Shown here one piece after another: positions 1 through 8,636 of a stretch of 64,000 bases of DNA. Each line of letters opens with the position of its first letter. The stretch's first letter is position 1. The notes under the pieces were generated by a model, which was given only the letters and a program-made list of their open reading frames with translations, ran no database searches and was not told where the DNA came from. The stretch comes from Cyanobacteriota bacterium (GTDB lineage: Bacteria > Cyanobacteriota > Cyanobacteriia > PCC-6307 > Cyanobiaceae). The position numbers and the translations under genes were made by a program. The stretch is taken from positions 32,001 through 96,000 of the forward strand of contig JBJOMY010000006.1 in the NCBI GenBank assembly GCA_046052125.1, written 5' to 3'.

Positions 1-134
1 AGTTGCGGGTGCTGCACTCCAGGGAGGGGCTGAGCGGCGCGGCTCACCAAGGTGAGGCTGTGACCGGCCTCAAGAAGGGTGGGCACCAGGGCACGGCCCA
101 CGAAGCCACTGCAACCCACCAACAGAATCCGCAC
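1..134 (-). CDS. TIGR01777-family NAD-dependent epimerase/oxidoreductase, N-terminal part (runs off window start)
   Basis: Manual translation from GTG at 134: MRILLVGCSGFVGRALVPTLLEAGHSLTLVSR, a Rossmann GxSGFVG motif; not in the ORF track. Confidence 0.75.
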   Translation of the reverse strand, partial: MRILLVGCSGFVGRALVPTLLEAGHSLTLVSRAAQPLPGVQHPQ

Positions 135-255
135 GCGCTCAGCATCAGCTCTGCGGCCAACGCTAGGGATGGGAATGGCACCCAGGTGGCAGCGCTGGTG
201 AGGAACCGAAGTTCACAACAGGGCTCTAGCCTGCCCCCAACACACCCGAAGTGCC

Positions 256-507
256 ATGGCTGAAACGCCCGCGGCAGCACCCGAAGCCGCCCCCAAAAGC
301 CCGATCAAGAAGGGGAGCCTGGTGAAGGTGAACCGACAGGCCTACAACGCCAGCCTTGAAGCCCAGGCCAGCGATGGCGCGGCGCCCGACTATCTGTTCG
401 ACGGCCCGGCCGAGGTGTTGGTGATCAAGGGCGACTACGCCCAGCTGCGCTTCCGCCGCCCAGTGCCCGATGTGTGGCTGCGGGCGGACCAGCTGCAGGC
501 GTTCTAG
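256..507 (+). CDS. ndhO: NAD(P)H-quinone oxidoreductase (NDH-1) subunit O
   Basis: IKKGSLVKVNR...SLEAQASD...PDYLF.GP.EVL..KGDYAQLRFR.PVPDVWLR matches NdhO. Confidence 0.9.
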   Translation: MAETPAAAPEAAPKSPIKKGSLVKVNRQAYNASLEAQASDGAAPDYLFDGPAEVLVIKGDYAQLRFRRPVPDVWLRADQLQAF

Positions 508-1208
508 ATCTCGAGCCGGCGACGCTCCTCATGCAAACGGCTGCGGCGCTGCTTGGCCTCACGCAGCATTTCGCGGCCGTCGCGCAGGTATCCGTCCACA
601 TAGCCCATGGTGTAGCGCTCCAGCTCGGTGAGCGCGTCCTGCACTTGGGATAGGCAGTGATAGAGGCTCAGGCTGAAGCCATGCGCTGAAGCAGGTGCAG
701 CCAGGGAGCGGTAGAGCGCTTCCACCTTCTCCATCCGGGCCTGGCTTTGCTCGAGGAAGGCGCAGAAGCTTTCCATGAGCTCGTCGTCGTAAGGATCCGC
801 GGAGAGGGCCCTCAGCTGGGCGGGGAAAGGATTGATCACCTGCGCCAGCAAACGATCAATCGGTGCGTACACCTGCTGCAGCCAGGCCACCAGCTGGGCA
901 TCACCGCGGGCTGCTTCGGCGGTGGCGGTGCGCGCCGCACGGCCGGCCGCAGCGGAACGTGCCGTTGTTGAGCGGGTTGGGTCAACGCGGCCGACTTGAT
1001 ACAGGCGATCGTGCTCAGCGCGGCGCTGGGCATCGCCGAGCACCTCCCAGGCTGCGTTGAGCTCGAGGATCCGATGCTCATCGCCACCAGCGTCCGGGTG
1101 GTGCTGTTTCACGAGAGCGCGGTACGCCGCCTTCAGCTCTGCGGCACTCGCTGAGCTGGCCACACCGAGCACCGTGTAGGGGTCGGGGGCGGACTGTGGC
1201 GAGATCAC
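504..1208 (-). CDS. J-domain (DnaJ-type) protein
   Basis: DPYTVLGV...LKAAYRALVKQHHPD...LNAAWEVL J-domain with HPD motif; start uncertain (GTG 1208 chosen). Confidence 0.85.
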   Translation of the reverse strand: MISPQSAPDPYTVLGVASSASAAELKAAYRALVKQHHPDAGGDEHRILELNAAWEVLGDAQRRAEHDRLYQVGRVDPTRSTTARSAAAGRAARTATAEAARGDAQLVAWLQQVYAPIDRLLAQVINPFPAQLRALSADPYDDELMESFCAFLEQSQARMEKVEALYRSLAAPASAHGFSLSLYHCLSQVQDALTELERYTMGYVDGYLRDGREMLREAKQRRSRLHEERRRLEI

Positions 1209-1271
1209 GCGCTCCGGCAGCGGCTGCAGACCATCTTCATCGTTGGACCATCGATGGCTGCGGAGGAACAC

Positions 1272-1299
1272 AAAAAAGCCCCCCGCACAAGCGGGAGGC
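1272..1299 (-). terminator. Rho-independent terminator of porin 1
   Basis: Minus strand GCCTCCCGC-TTGT-GCGGGGGGC-TTTTTT. Confidence 0.8.
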
Positions 1300-1363
1300 C
1301 AAGGAGTTTTGGTGTGTGAGTAAGCGCGAGGTGCGCGTGTGAGGAGTGCTTCAGATCCGAGGA
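1272..1363 (-). ncRNA. Candidate 3'UTR-derived Yfr1-like sRNA of porin 1
   Basis: Exact ACTCCTCACAC (1347-1337) and variant ACTCACACAC (1321-1312) between stop codon and terminator; expression not shown. Confidence 0.45.
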
Positions 1364-2953
1364 TCAGAAGCGGAAGGTGGTTTGCACCAGGTAGCCGAAG
1401 CTGTTGAAGGTGTTGCCGTTACCGGTGAATTCACCCTGGGGACGCGACAGCCAGAAGATGGCCGGGGTCACAGCGATGTTGTCGCTGACCTGGAACTTGT
1501 AGAACCATTCCCAGGCGTAGTTGCCATCGGCAGGGGTGTTATCAGTGCCGCCGGTCACAAAGGTGGGCTGACCCACAGCCATGCCGAGCACGTTGCCCTT
1601 CACGAAGGCATCCTTCCAGTTCAGACCCACCATCCAGGACTGGGTGGTGAGGTTCACATCGGTGGAATCGGTGCGGCTACCGCCCACATTGCTGGAGGTA
1701 CCAATACCCCAACCAGCGCTGATGGAAGGCATCCAACCGCTCTGGAGAGGCTGCCAGTAGCCAGCCAGGTTGAAGGCGTTGGTGCCATTGTAGCCGGTCG
1801 ACACGGCAGAGCGAGCGAAGGGGGTGCCGCCTACGCTCACGCCGCGGTTGTCATAGGTGTACAGACCGGTGAGGTTCCAGTTCTTGCCGGTGTAGGCCAG
1901 CTGAACAGAGCCGGAGGCAGCAGAGTTGCCGTTGGCGATACCACCAGCCTCGGGGCTGCCTACATCACCGTTGCCGGCCACGTAGTTAGCGCCAAAGCTG
2001 AAGCCTTTCTTACCTTCTTTCCACCAGAAACCAGCACCGGCACCGAGCACCTGGCTGTTGGCCTGAGGACCACCAGCGAACTGGAAGATCTTCAGGATCT
2101 TGTCACCGGTGTAGACCGAAGGCCACACGGCGAACATGTCGTCCTGACGGACCCGGGGGCCAGCCACGATTGTGACGTTCTTACCAACGGGGAACTTGTA
2201 GTAGAGGCGATTGATCGCTACGACATCGCCGCCGTCAGCATTGCCCAGGTTCTCCTGGAAAGCAGCGTCCAGCTGAGAGAGGCGGGTGGGTTCAGCACCA
2301 AAGGCAGAGTCGCTGAAGTTACCAGCGCGCAGCTGGGTACGGAGCAAATCCTTACCGGTGAAGCTGGTGTCGAAGTTCAGGCGAACGTCGTAGTTGAAGC
2401 TCAGCGCATTGCGCAGGGCGTACTCCTTACCAGCCGCGTTGGTGTAGGTGTTGTTGTCGGTGACCTGCGAACCACCAAAGGTCTGACCGCCCAGCACCCA
2501 GCGAGTGTCGGCGCGCAGTTTGGTGGTGGTGGAGAACTGGGTGGCTTCCAGCTCGCCCACTTTGGCCTCGAGGCCATCCACGCGACCCTTCAGAACGGCA
2601 AGTTCCTTTTCGAACTCGGCCATCAGGCGCTTCAGCTCGTCGGTCACTTCAGTGATCCGGTCGAGGCAAGCGTTCAGCAGTGCGGCCGCTTCATAGCGGG
2701 TCATCGCACGCTCACCGCGGTAGGTGCCGTTGGGGTAGCCAGCGACACAGCCGTAGCGCTCGATCAGGTTGCTCAGTGCCTGGTAAGCCCAGTCGGTGGG
2801 CTTCACATCGGAGAACTGGGTGATCGAAGTCACCTGCTCCTCAGAGCCGTACTGACTCACGCCAGCGATGTTCAGGTCAGCGGCAGATGCAGCCACAGGA
2901 GCCATCAGGCCCAGGGCAGCAGGTGCCAGAAGAAGCTTCTGGAACAGTTTCAT
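1364..2953 (-). CDS. Cyanobacterial outer-membrane porin (SLH domain + OprB-type barrel, Som/iron-uptake-porin family), copy 1
   Basis: Signal peptide MKLFQKLLLAPAALG, SLH motif FSDVKPTDWAYQAL..LIERYGCVAGYP, coiled coil, FSTTTKL, C-terminal Phe (TTFRF). Confidence 0.92.
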   Translation of the reverse strand: MKLFQKLLLAPAALGLMAPVAASAADLNIAGVSQYGSEEQVTSITQFSDVKPTDWAYQALSNLIERYGCVAGYPNGTYRGERAMTRYEAAALLNACLDRITEVTDELKRLMAEFEKELAVLKGRVDGLEAKVGELEATQFSTTTKLRADTRWVLGGQTFGGSQVTDNNTYTNAAGKEYALRNALSFNYDVRLNFDTSFTGKDLLRTQLRAGNFSDSAFGAEPTRLSQLDAAFQENLGNADGGDVVAINRLYYKFPVGKNVTIVAGPRVRQDDMFAVWPSVYTGDKILKIFQFAGGPQANSQVLGAGAGFWWKEGKKGFSFGANYVAGNGDVGSPEAGGIANGNSAASGSVQLAYTGKNWNLTGLYTYDNRGVSVGGTPFARSAVSTGYNGTNAFNLAGYWQPLQSGWMPSISAGWGIGTSSNVGGSRTDSTDVNLTTQSWMVGLNWKDAFVKGNVLGMAVGQPTFVTGGTDNTPADGNYAWEWFYKFQVSDNIAVTPAIFWLSRPQGEFTGNGNTFNSFGYLVQTTFRF

Positions 2954-2965
2954 GGTCCTCACACC
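2954..2965 (-). promoter_or_regulatory. Yfr1-type sRNA target site over porin 1 RBS
   Basis: mRNA reads GGUGUGAGGACC-AUG; GUGUGAGGA is complementary to the Yfr1 seed UCCUCACAC. Confidence 0.65.
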
Positions 2966-3075
2966 AATTGAGGGAATCCCACAAGGGGATAAGTCAACTT
3001 ATCGCGCCGCAATAGCGCGGCACCTCGCAACAGCTACGGGCGGGTGTAGCGCAGAGCACACCGCAGAAAAGCAAT

Positions 3076-3101
3076 AAAAAACCCGCGACTGAAGCCGCGG
3101 G
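3076..3101 (-). terminator. Rho-independent terminator of porin 2
   Basis: Minus strand CCCGCGGC-TTCA-GTCGCGGG-TTTTTT. Confidence 0.8.
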
Positions 3102-3203
3102 CAGAGAGAGGACAAACGAGGTGTGGTGAGGAGACCAATTCAGGGGAAACTCTGAGGTATGAGGAGAGAGTTTCCCGACCGGATTGGCTTTTAGATCAAG
3201 AGA
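3076..3203 (-). ncRNA. Candidate 3'UTR-derived Yfr1-like sRNA of porin 2
   Basis: Hairpin GGGAAACTCT-[CTCCTCATACCTC]-AGAGTTTCCC (3176-3144), then CTCCTCACCACAC (3133-3121), then terminator. Confidence 0.45.
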
Positions 3204-4808
3204 TCAGAACTTGAAGGTGGTCTTGATCAGGCCGCCGAAGTTGGTGACGGACTTGTCCTGGGACAGGCCCTTACCGACTTGACCATCAAGCTGGCTGAGG
3301 TAGAAGATCGCGGGGGTCACGCTGATGTTGTCGGTGACCTGGAACTTGTACCACCACTCCCAGGCGTAGTTGCCGTCGTTGGGGGTGTTGTTGGAGTTGT
3401 CGTTGTAGCGGGTCACGAAGGTGGCCTGACCAACGGCCATACCCAGGGCATTGCCCTTGATGAAGGCGTCATCCCACTGCAGACCCACGTACCAGGACTG
3501 GGACTGAGGACCGTCGAAACCGAAAGCATCATCCTGGCCGTTATAGCCGTTGATGCCCCAGCCGGTGCTGATGGAGGGAACCCAGCCGCTGGTGGAAGGC
3601 TGCCAGTAGCCGCTCACACCGAAGGAGTTGGTGCTGTTGGCAGCAGCGCCCAGGAACTGGTTCAGGATGGTGCCGTTACCAGAGGCAACGCCATTGCTGT
3701 AGTTGTAAGCAAAGGCGATACCAGCGTTATCGCCGGCGTAGCCGAGCTGAGCGGTGAAGGTCTCCTGGGATCCGGAGGTACCAATACCGCCGACTTCAGG
3801 TGCGCCCACGTCACCGTTAGCAGCCACGTAGTTGAGGCTGAAGCTGAAGCCGTTCTTCTCGTACCACACACCGGCACCTGCACCCAGGTTCAGGTTGTAG
3901 GTACCAGGAGCACCGGCGTAGGTGAAGATGTCGAGGACGGTGTCAGCGGGATACACGCTGGGCCACATGGCCAGCATGTCGTCCTGACGAACCTTGGCGC
4001 CCACGGTGACGGTGATGTTGTCACCAACAGGGAACTGATAGAAGAGGCGGTTGATGGCCACCACGTCGCCGCCATCAGCGTTGCCCATCTCTTCCTGGAA
4101 GGCCACTTCCAGGTTGTTCAGAGCAGAGACACCGCCCACTGCGCCATCGGTGCTGCCATAAGCAGTTGCACTACCGAAAGCGGAATCGGCAAAGTTACCG
4201 GCACGCAGAGTGGTGCGCAGCAGGTCCTTACCGGTGAAGCTGGTGTCGAAGTTCAGGCGAACGTCGTAGTTGAAGGTGGTTGCACCCTCATCAGCCTTGT
4301 AGGCGTTAGCGAGAGTGGTGTTGCTGCCGCCGAAGCTGTTAGCGCCGAGCACGAAGGTGGCGATGCCCTTCAGCTTGGTGGTGGTGGAGAACTGAGTGGC
4401 TTCCAGCTCACCCACTTTGGCCTCGAGGCCATCCACGCGGCCCTTCAGAACGGCGAGTTCCTTTTCGAACTCCTTCATCAGGCGCTTCAGCTCGTCGGTC
4501 ACTTCGGTGATCCGGTCGAGGCAGGCGTTCAGCAGTGCGGCCGCTTCATAGCGGGTCATCGCACGCTCACCGCGGTAGGTGCCGTTGGGGTAGCCAGCGA
4601 CGCAGCCGTAGCGCTCGATCAGGTTGCTCAGCGCCTGGTAAGCCCAGTCGGTGGGCTTCACATCGGAGAACTGGGTGATCGAAGTCACCTGCTCCTCAGA
4701 GCCGTACTGGCTGACGCCAGCGATGTTCAGGTCAGCGGCAGACGCAGCCACAGGAGCCATCAGGCCCAGGGCAGCAGGTGCCAGAAGAAGCTTCTGGAAC
4801 AGTTTCAT
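3204..4808 (-). CDS. Cyanobacterial outer-membrane porin (SLH + OprB-type barrel), copy 2
   Basis: Same architecture as copy 1; ATG at 4808 preceded by GAGGA; ends TTFKF. Confidence 0.92.
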   Translation of the reverse strand: MKLFQKLLLAPAALGLMAPVAASAADLNIAGVSQYGSEEQVTSITQFSDVKPTDWAYQALSNLIERYGCVAGYPNGTYRGERAMTRYEAAALLNACLDRITEVTDELKRLMKEFEKELAVLKGRVDGLEAKVGELEATQFSTTTKLKGIATFVLGANSFGGSNTTLANAYKADEGATTFNYDVRLNFDTSFTGKDLLRTTLRAGNFADSAFGSATAYGSTDGAVGGVSALNNLEVAFQEEMGNADGGDVVAINRLFYQFPVGDNITVTVGAKVRQDDMLAMWPSVYPADTVLDIFTYAGAPGTYNLNLGAGAGVWYEKNGFSFSLNYVAANGDVGAPEVGGIGTSGSQETFTAQLGYAGDNAGIAFAYNYSNGVASGNGTILNQFLGAAANSTNSFGVSGYWQPSTSGWVPSISTGWGINGYNGQDDAFGFDGPQSQSWYVGLQWDDAFIKGNALGMAVGQATFVTRYNDNSNNTPNDGNYAWEWWYKFQVTDNISVTPAIFYLSQLDGQVGKGLSQDKSVTNFGGLIKTTFKF

Positions 4809-4820
4809 GGTCCTCACACC
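4809..4820 (-). promoter_or_regulatory. Yfr1-type sRNA target site over porin 2 RBS
   Basis: Same GGUGUGAGGACC-AUG leader as porin 1. Confidence 0.65.
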
Positions 4821-4913
4821 AAAAGAGGAATTGGGCGCAATGCGCCGTGTGGCCATCTTGCAGGCCATGCCAGAGGCAACACAGAGAACCTGTGCCACAA
4901 ACCGCAATGGCAT

Positions 4914-4927
4914 GTAGCGATCGATAC
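4914..4927. promoter_or_regulatory. Possible NtcA-binding site
   Basis: GTA-GCGATCGA-TAC fits GTA-N8-TAC, in the divergent intergenic region between porin 2 and the GT-C gene. Confidence 0.4.
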
Positions 4928-4989
4928 CCGGAAGCTGCGCGGCCTCCTTCGCCCAGACTTGCCTTCTTCTCTCCGAGCGGCGGCTGCCC

Positions 4990-7032
4990 GTGTTGAAGCG
5001 ATCGCCCTGGCTGTGGTGGCTGGTGCTCCTGGGGATCTGGCTGCTGGCCAGCGCCGCAGATCACACCTGGCTCCAGGTGGACCAGCGCCTGCCGGCCTGG
5101 GATCAGGCCGACTATCTCAATAGCGCCATTGATCACGGCCGAGCCCTGGGGCTGCTGCGCGGCGGCAGCTGGCCGGGCTGGCAAGGTCTGCTGGATCTCT
5201 CTCCCAAGATTCCGCCCCTCTCCTCGCTGGTGAGCGGCACGGTGATGGCGGTGACCGGTGAAGACGCCGATGCGGCCAGCTGGGCACTGAGCCTCTGGCA
5301 TGGCTTGCTGCTGCTGGTGGTAGCCCTCTGGGGCCGGCAACTACTCACGCCGGGCTTTGGGCTGCTCGCGGCAACCCTGGTGGCCCTGGCGCCAGCGCTG
5401 AGCGGCCTGCGGGTGGATTTCACCCTCGACATGCCCCTCACCGCCAGCTGCAGCCTGGCCCTGTGGCTGCTCTGGCGCTGGCAGCGCCCGCTGCACGGCG
5501 GCCGCTGGAGCCAAGCCCTGGCCGCTGGGGCCGCCGTTGCCGCGGCCCTCTTGATCAAGCAGAGCGCCCTGCTCGTGCTGGCCTTACCAGCGCTTTGGAG
5601 CTTTGGCCAAGCCCAGGCGCTTCCGCGCAGGCGCTGGCAGGCCTGGGCCGCACTAGCGCTGGTGTTGGCCCTGCTGCTGCCCTGGCTGCATCACAACTGG
5701 ATAACCACCTTGGGCGGCACGGAACGAGCCGTGATCACCTCCGGCGCCGATGAGGGCGATCCAGGCAGCCTCGATCCCCGGAGCCTGATCTGGTACCCGC
5801 GGCTCTGGGGCCAACAGCTGGGCGCCGCCACGCTGGCGGCTGGGCTGGCGGGCCTGGCCCTGTTGGGCTGGGAGCACCGCGGCCGCTGGCGGCAGCGCTG
5901 GCCCGCCGGCTGGGCCTGGCTGCTCGGTGTGGCGATCAGCGGCTGGCTCAGCACCAGCCTCAGCCCCAACAAAGACGAGCGCTACATCGCGCCAGTGCTT
6001 CCTTTATTAGTTCTGTTGCTCACGCGCGGCTGGTGGGCCCTGGGCAGCTGGATCGCCCAGCGCGGCGATGGGCGCTGGGCAGGGGGCGCCCTGGCGCTCG
6101 GATTAGCGAGCGCCGCTGGGATCAATGCCGGCGCCAGCCTCGCTCAGCTCGATCGCCAGCCCCCTTCGAGCGTGGTGGAGGCCATGGGCAGCCTGCGCCA
6201 GAGGGTGGGGAACGAACCCGCCACCCTGCTGATCACCGCCAGCAGCCCCGATCTCAACGAGCACACCCTCACGCTGTTGGGCCGCCAGCAAGGCGGGCAG
6301 ATCCTGGTGCGGCGGCTGGGGCGCAACCCCGGCTCTCAGGAGCTGGCCCTGGATCAGGGCCGTTGGTGGCTAATCGCCAGCGGCGACCAGGGCACTACCC
6401 GTCCATCAGCTCGGGCCCTGAGCCGAGCCGTGCGCCGCGATGGCCGCTACGAGCGGGTGCAGATCTGGCCGTGGAGCAAGCAACGCCAGCTCGAGCTCTG
6501 GCGCCGTAAACCCTCCGCGCCTGAGCCCCAGAGCTTCCAGCAGGGCTTCATCCGCCTGGCGCGGGGGATGGAACAGGGCCCCCGCGGGTTGCAGTCCGTG
6601 TTTGCCGCCATCGGCCCCTGGCATCTGCTCGATCCCCGCTTCAGCTACCAGCAAGACGTGCAGCGCTGGGCCAACGCCCAACTGCAACGCAACCCGAGTG
6701 ATCGCGATGCCCTCTGGAGCCTGGCCCTGGTGGCCGTGCTCCAAAACCGAGCCCAGCAGGCTGACCAGTGGTTTGCCCGGCTGGAGCAGGTGGAAGGCAG
6801 CGGCCACTGGGCTAGTGCCTACCGGAGCGTGGTGCAACTGGCGGGCTGGAACAGCTGCGGCGCGGCCCGCGTGGCTGAAACCACCAGCGCTGATCCCGCC
6901 ACCGGCTCAGTGCTCACGGCCCTGCGCGACCTCAGCCGCAGCCTCTGCTTCGACCCGCGAGGCCCCGCGGCACTGCAGCGCAGCCTGCCCGCAGCCATCA
7001 ACACCGTTAACAGCGGCCTCAAGCAACCGTGA
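4990..7032 (+). CDS. Lipid-carrier-dependent glycosyltransferase (GT-C fold, GT39/ArnT/PMT-like) with C-terminal helical-repeat-like extension
   Basis: Multi-TM; PAWDQADY in first loop, KIPPL, D(M)PLTA, LIKQS, NKDERY motifs. Confidence 0.75.
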   Translation: MLKRSPWLWWLVLLGIWLLASAADHTWLQVDQRLPAWDQADYLNSAIDHGRALGLLRGGSWPGWQGLLDLSPKIPPLSSLVSGTVMAVTGEDADAASWALSLWHGLLLLVVALWGRQLLTPGFGLLAATLVALAPALSGLRVDFTLDMPLTASCSLALWLLWRWQRPLHGGRWSQALAAGAAVAAALLIKQSALLVLALPALWSFGQAQALPRRRWQAWAALALVLALLLPWLHHNWITTLGGTERAVITSGADEGDPGSLDPRSLIWYPRLWGQQLGAATLAAGLAGLALLGWEHRGRWRQRWPAGWAWLLGVAISGWLSTSLSPNKDERYIAPVLPLLVLLLTRGWWALGSWIAQRGDGRWAGGALALGLASAAGINAGASLAQLDRQPPSSVVEAMGSLRQRVGNEPATLLITASSPDLNEHTLTLLGRQQGGQILVRRLGRNPGSQELALDQGRWWLIASGDQGTTRPSARALSRAVRRDGRYERVQIWPWSKQRQLELWRRKPSAPEPQSFQQGFIRLARGMEQGPRGLQSVFAAIGPWHLLDPRFSYQQDVQRWANAQLQRNPSDRDALWSLALVAVLQNRAQQADQWFARLEQVEGSGHWASAYRSVVQLAGWNSCGAARVAETTSADPATGSVLTALRDLSRSLCFDPRGPAALQRSLPAAINTVNSGLKQP

Positions 7033-8636
7033 ACAAGCCACTCACCCCCGAGCAACGGGTCTGGCTGGCCGCCGGGGTGTTCACCCTGGTGGGCTGGATC
7101 CTGCAGTGGTGGAGGCTGCACAGCCTGGCGGCCACCATGGATCAGGGCATCCTGTTTCAGGTGCTCTGGAACGGCCTGAGCGGCCACCCGTTCGAAAGCA
7201 CCCTCTCGTCGCAGCTCTCCACCAACGTGGTGCATGGGGGCGCTCTGCCGGCCATCGGCTATCACCGCCTGGGCCAACACTTCACACCCACTCTGGCGCT
7301 GTGGATCCCGCTGGTGGCGCTCCTGGGCAAGTGGGCGCTGCCGATGCTTCAGGTGGCCTTGATCGCAGCCGCCGGCCTGGTGCTGCACCGCATCGCCCGG
7401 CTGCGGCTGGAGCCGGATCTGGCCGCGATGATCGGCCTGGCCTTCTTCGGGGCCAACGCCGTGATCGGCCCTGCCCTGGGCAATTTCACCGATCTCAGCC
7501 AGCTGCCGCTGTGCGTGTTTGTGCTGCTGCTGGGATTGTTGGAGCGGCGCCTGGCCTTGATCCTTCCGGCGGCGCTGCTCCTACCGCTGATCCGGGAAGA
7601 CACCGGTGTGGTGCTGGTGGGAATCGGCCTGTGGCTGTTGGTGCGTGATCGCAGCCGCTGGCCCCTGGCCGCAGCCCTGATCGCCTACGGCGGCGGCTGG
7701 GTTGTGCTGGTCACGAACGTGTTGATGCCGCTGTTCAGCCAGGACAACTCGCGGCGATTCATGGTGGAGAACTTCGGCCAATACCTGCAGGGGCAGGAAC
7801 AGGCCAGCAGCCTCGAGGTGGCCGCGCTGGCCCTGCGTCAACCCTTGGTGCTGCTCCAGGAGCTGCTGAACCCGCCACGCCAAACGCTCCTCTATCTGGC
7901 CGGGCAGGGCCTGCCGCTGCTGTTCATCCCCTGGATCGCTCTCGACAGCTGGCTGCTGATGGGTTTGCCGCTGTTAGGGCTGCTCCTGGCCCAGGGATCG
8001 AACAATCCCCTTTCCATCAACATCCGCTACACCTATTTGGTGGTTCCTGGGTTGTTTGTAGGCGCCACGCTTTGGTGGCAGCGCCATCAACAACTGTTCG
8101 CCTCACGGCGTCTCAGGCGGGTGTGGGCTGGCTGCATTGTGCTCTCGCTGCTGTTCACCTTGGGCAGCAACCCCAATCGCAGCCTCTCCTGGCTCATGCC
8201 AGACAGCATCCAGCCGCTGGTTTATCGCAACCCGGCGCGGCAGTGGCAACACGCGCAGCAGGCCCATGCGGCCCTTGGACTGATCCCCGCTGATGCAAGC
8301 GTGGCTGCGGGCAGTCAGCTGATCCCCCACCTGGCGGCGCGGCAGGTTCTGGTGCGCTTCCCCGACCATCTGGGCTATCAAACCCGTGATGGCCAGGCCT
8401 TACCGGTGGACTGGATCGCCGTGGATCTCGACCACCAGATCCGCTACGCCAAGGCCTTCCCTCAGGAGCAAAAAGCGCTCAAGAAAACCATGCGGCTGCT
8501 GAACACCCTCAGCCGAAACGATTACCGCGTGCAGCAGGTGAGCGATGGCGTGGTGCTGCTGCAGCGCGACGGGGCTCTCAATCCCCAGGCTCAACAGCAG
8601 CTGGATCAGTTGCTGGAGACCGCGAAGCAGCGCTGA
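7029..8636 (+). CDS. DUF2079-family membrane protein (putative GT-C glycosyltransferase)
   Basis: MDQGILFQVLWN, LGQHFTP, IREDTG, IRYTY, ASV.A..QLIPHLAAR; overlaps upstream stop (GTGA). Confidence 0.75.
   Translation: MNKPLTPEQRVWLAAGVFTLVGWILQWWRLHSLAATMDQGILFQVLWNGLSGHPFESTLSSQLSTNVVHGGALPAIGYHRLGQHFTPTLALWIPLVALLGKWALPMLQVALIAAAGLVLHRIARLRLEPDLAAMIGLAFFGANAVIGPALGNFTDLSQLPLCVFVLLLGLLERRLALILPAALLLPLIREDTGVVLVGIGLWLLVRDRSRWPLAAALIAYGGGWVVLVTNVLMPLFSQDNSRRFMVENFGQYLQGQEQASSLEVAALALRQPLVLLQELLNPPRQTLLYLAGQGLPLLFIPWIALDSWLLMGLPLLGLLLAQGSNNPLSINIRYTYLVVPGLFVGATLWWQRHQQLFASRRLRRVWAGCIVLSLLFTLGSNPNRSLSWLMPDSIQPLVYRNPARQWQHAQQAHAALGLIPADASVAAGSQLIPHLAARQVLVRFPDHLGYQTRDGQALPVDWIAVDLDHQIRYAKAFPQEQKALKKTMRLLNTLSRNDYRVQQVSDGVVLLQRDGALNPQAQQQLDQLLETAKQR

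Noticed and set aside
1346..5123. Very long plus-strand ORFs (541 aa, 614 aa) antisense to the porins
   Set aside because: In-register shadows of highly expressed, codon-biased genes; no recognisable domains.
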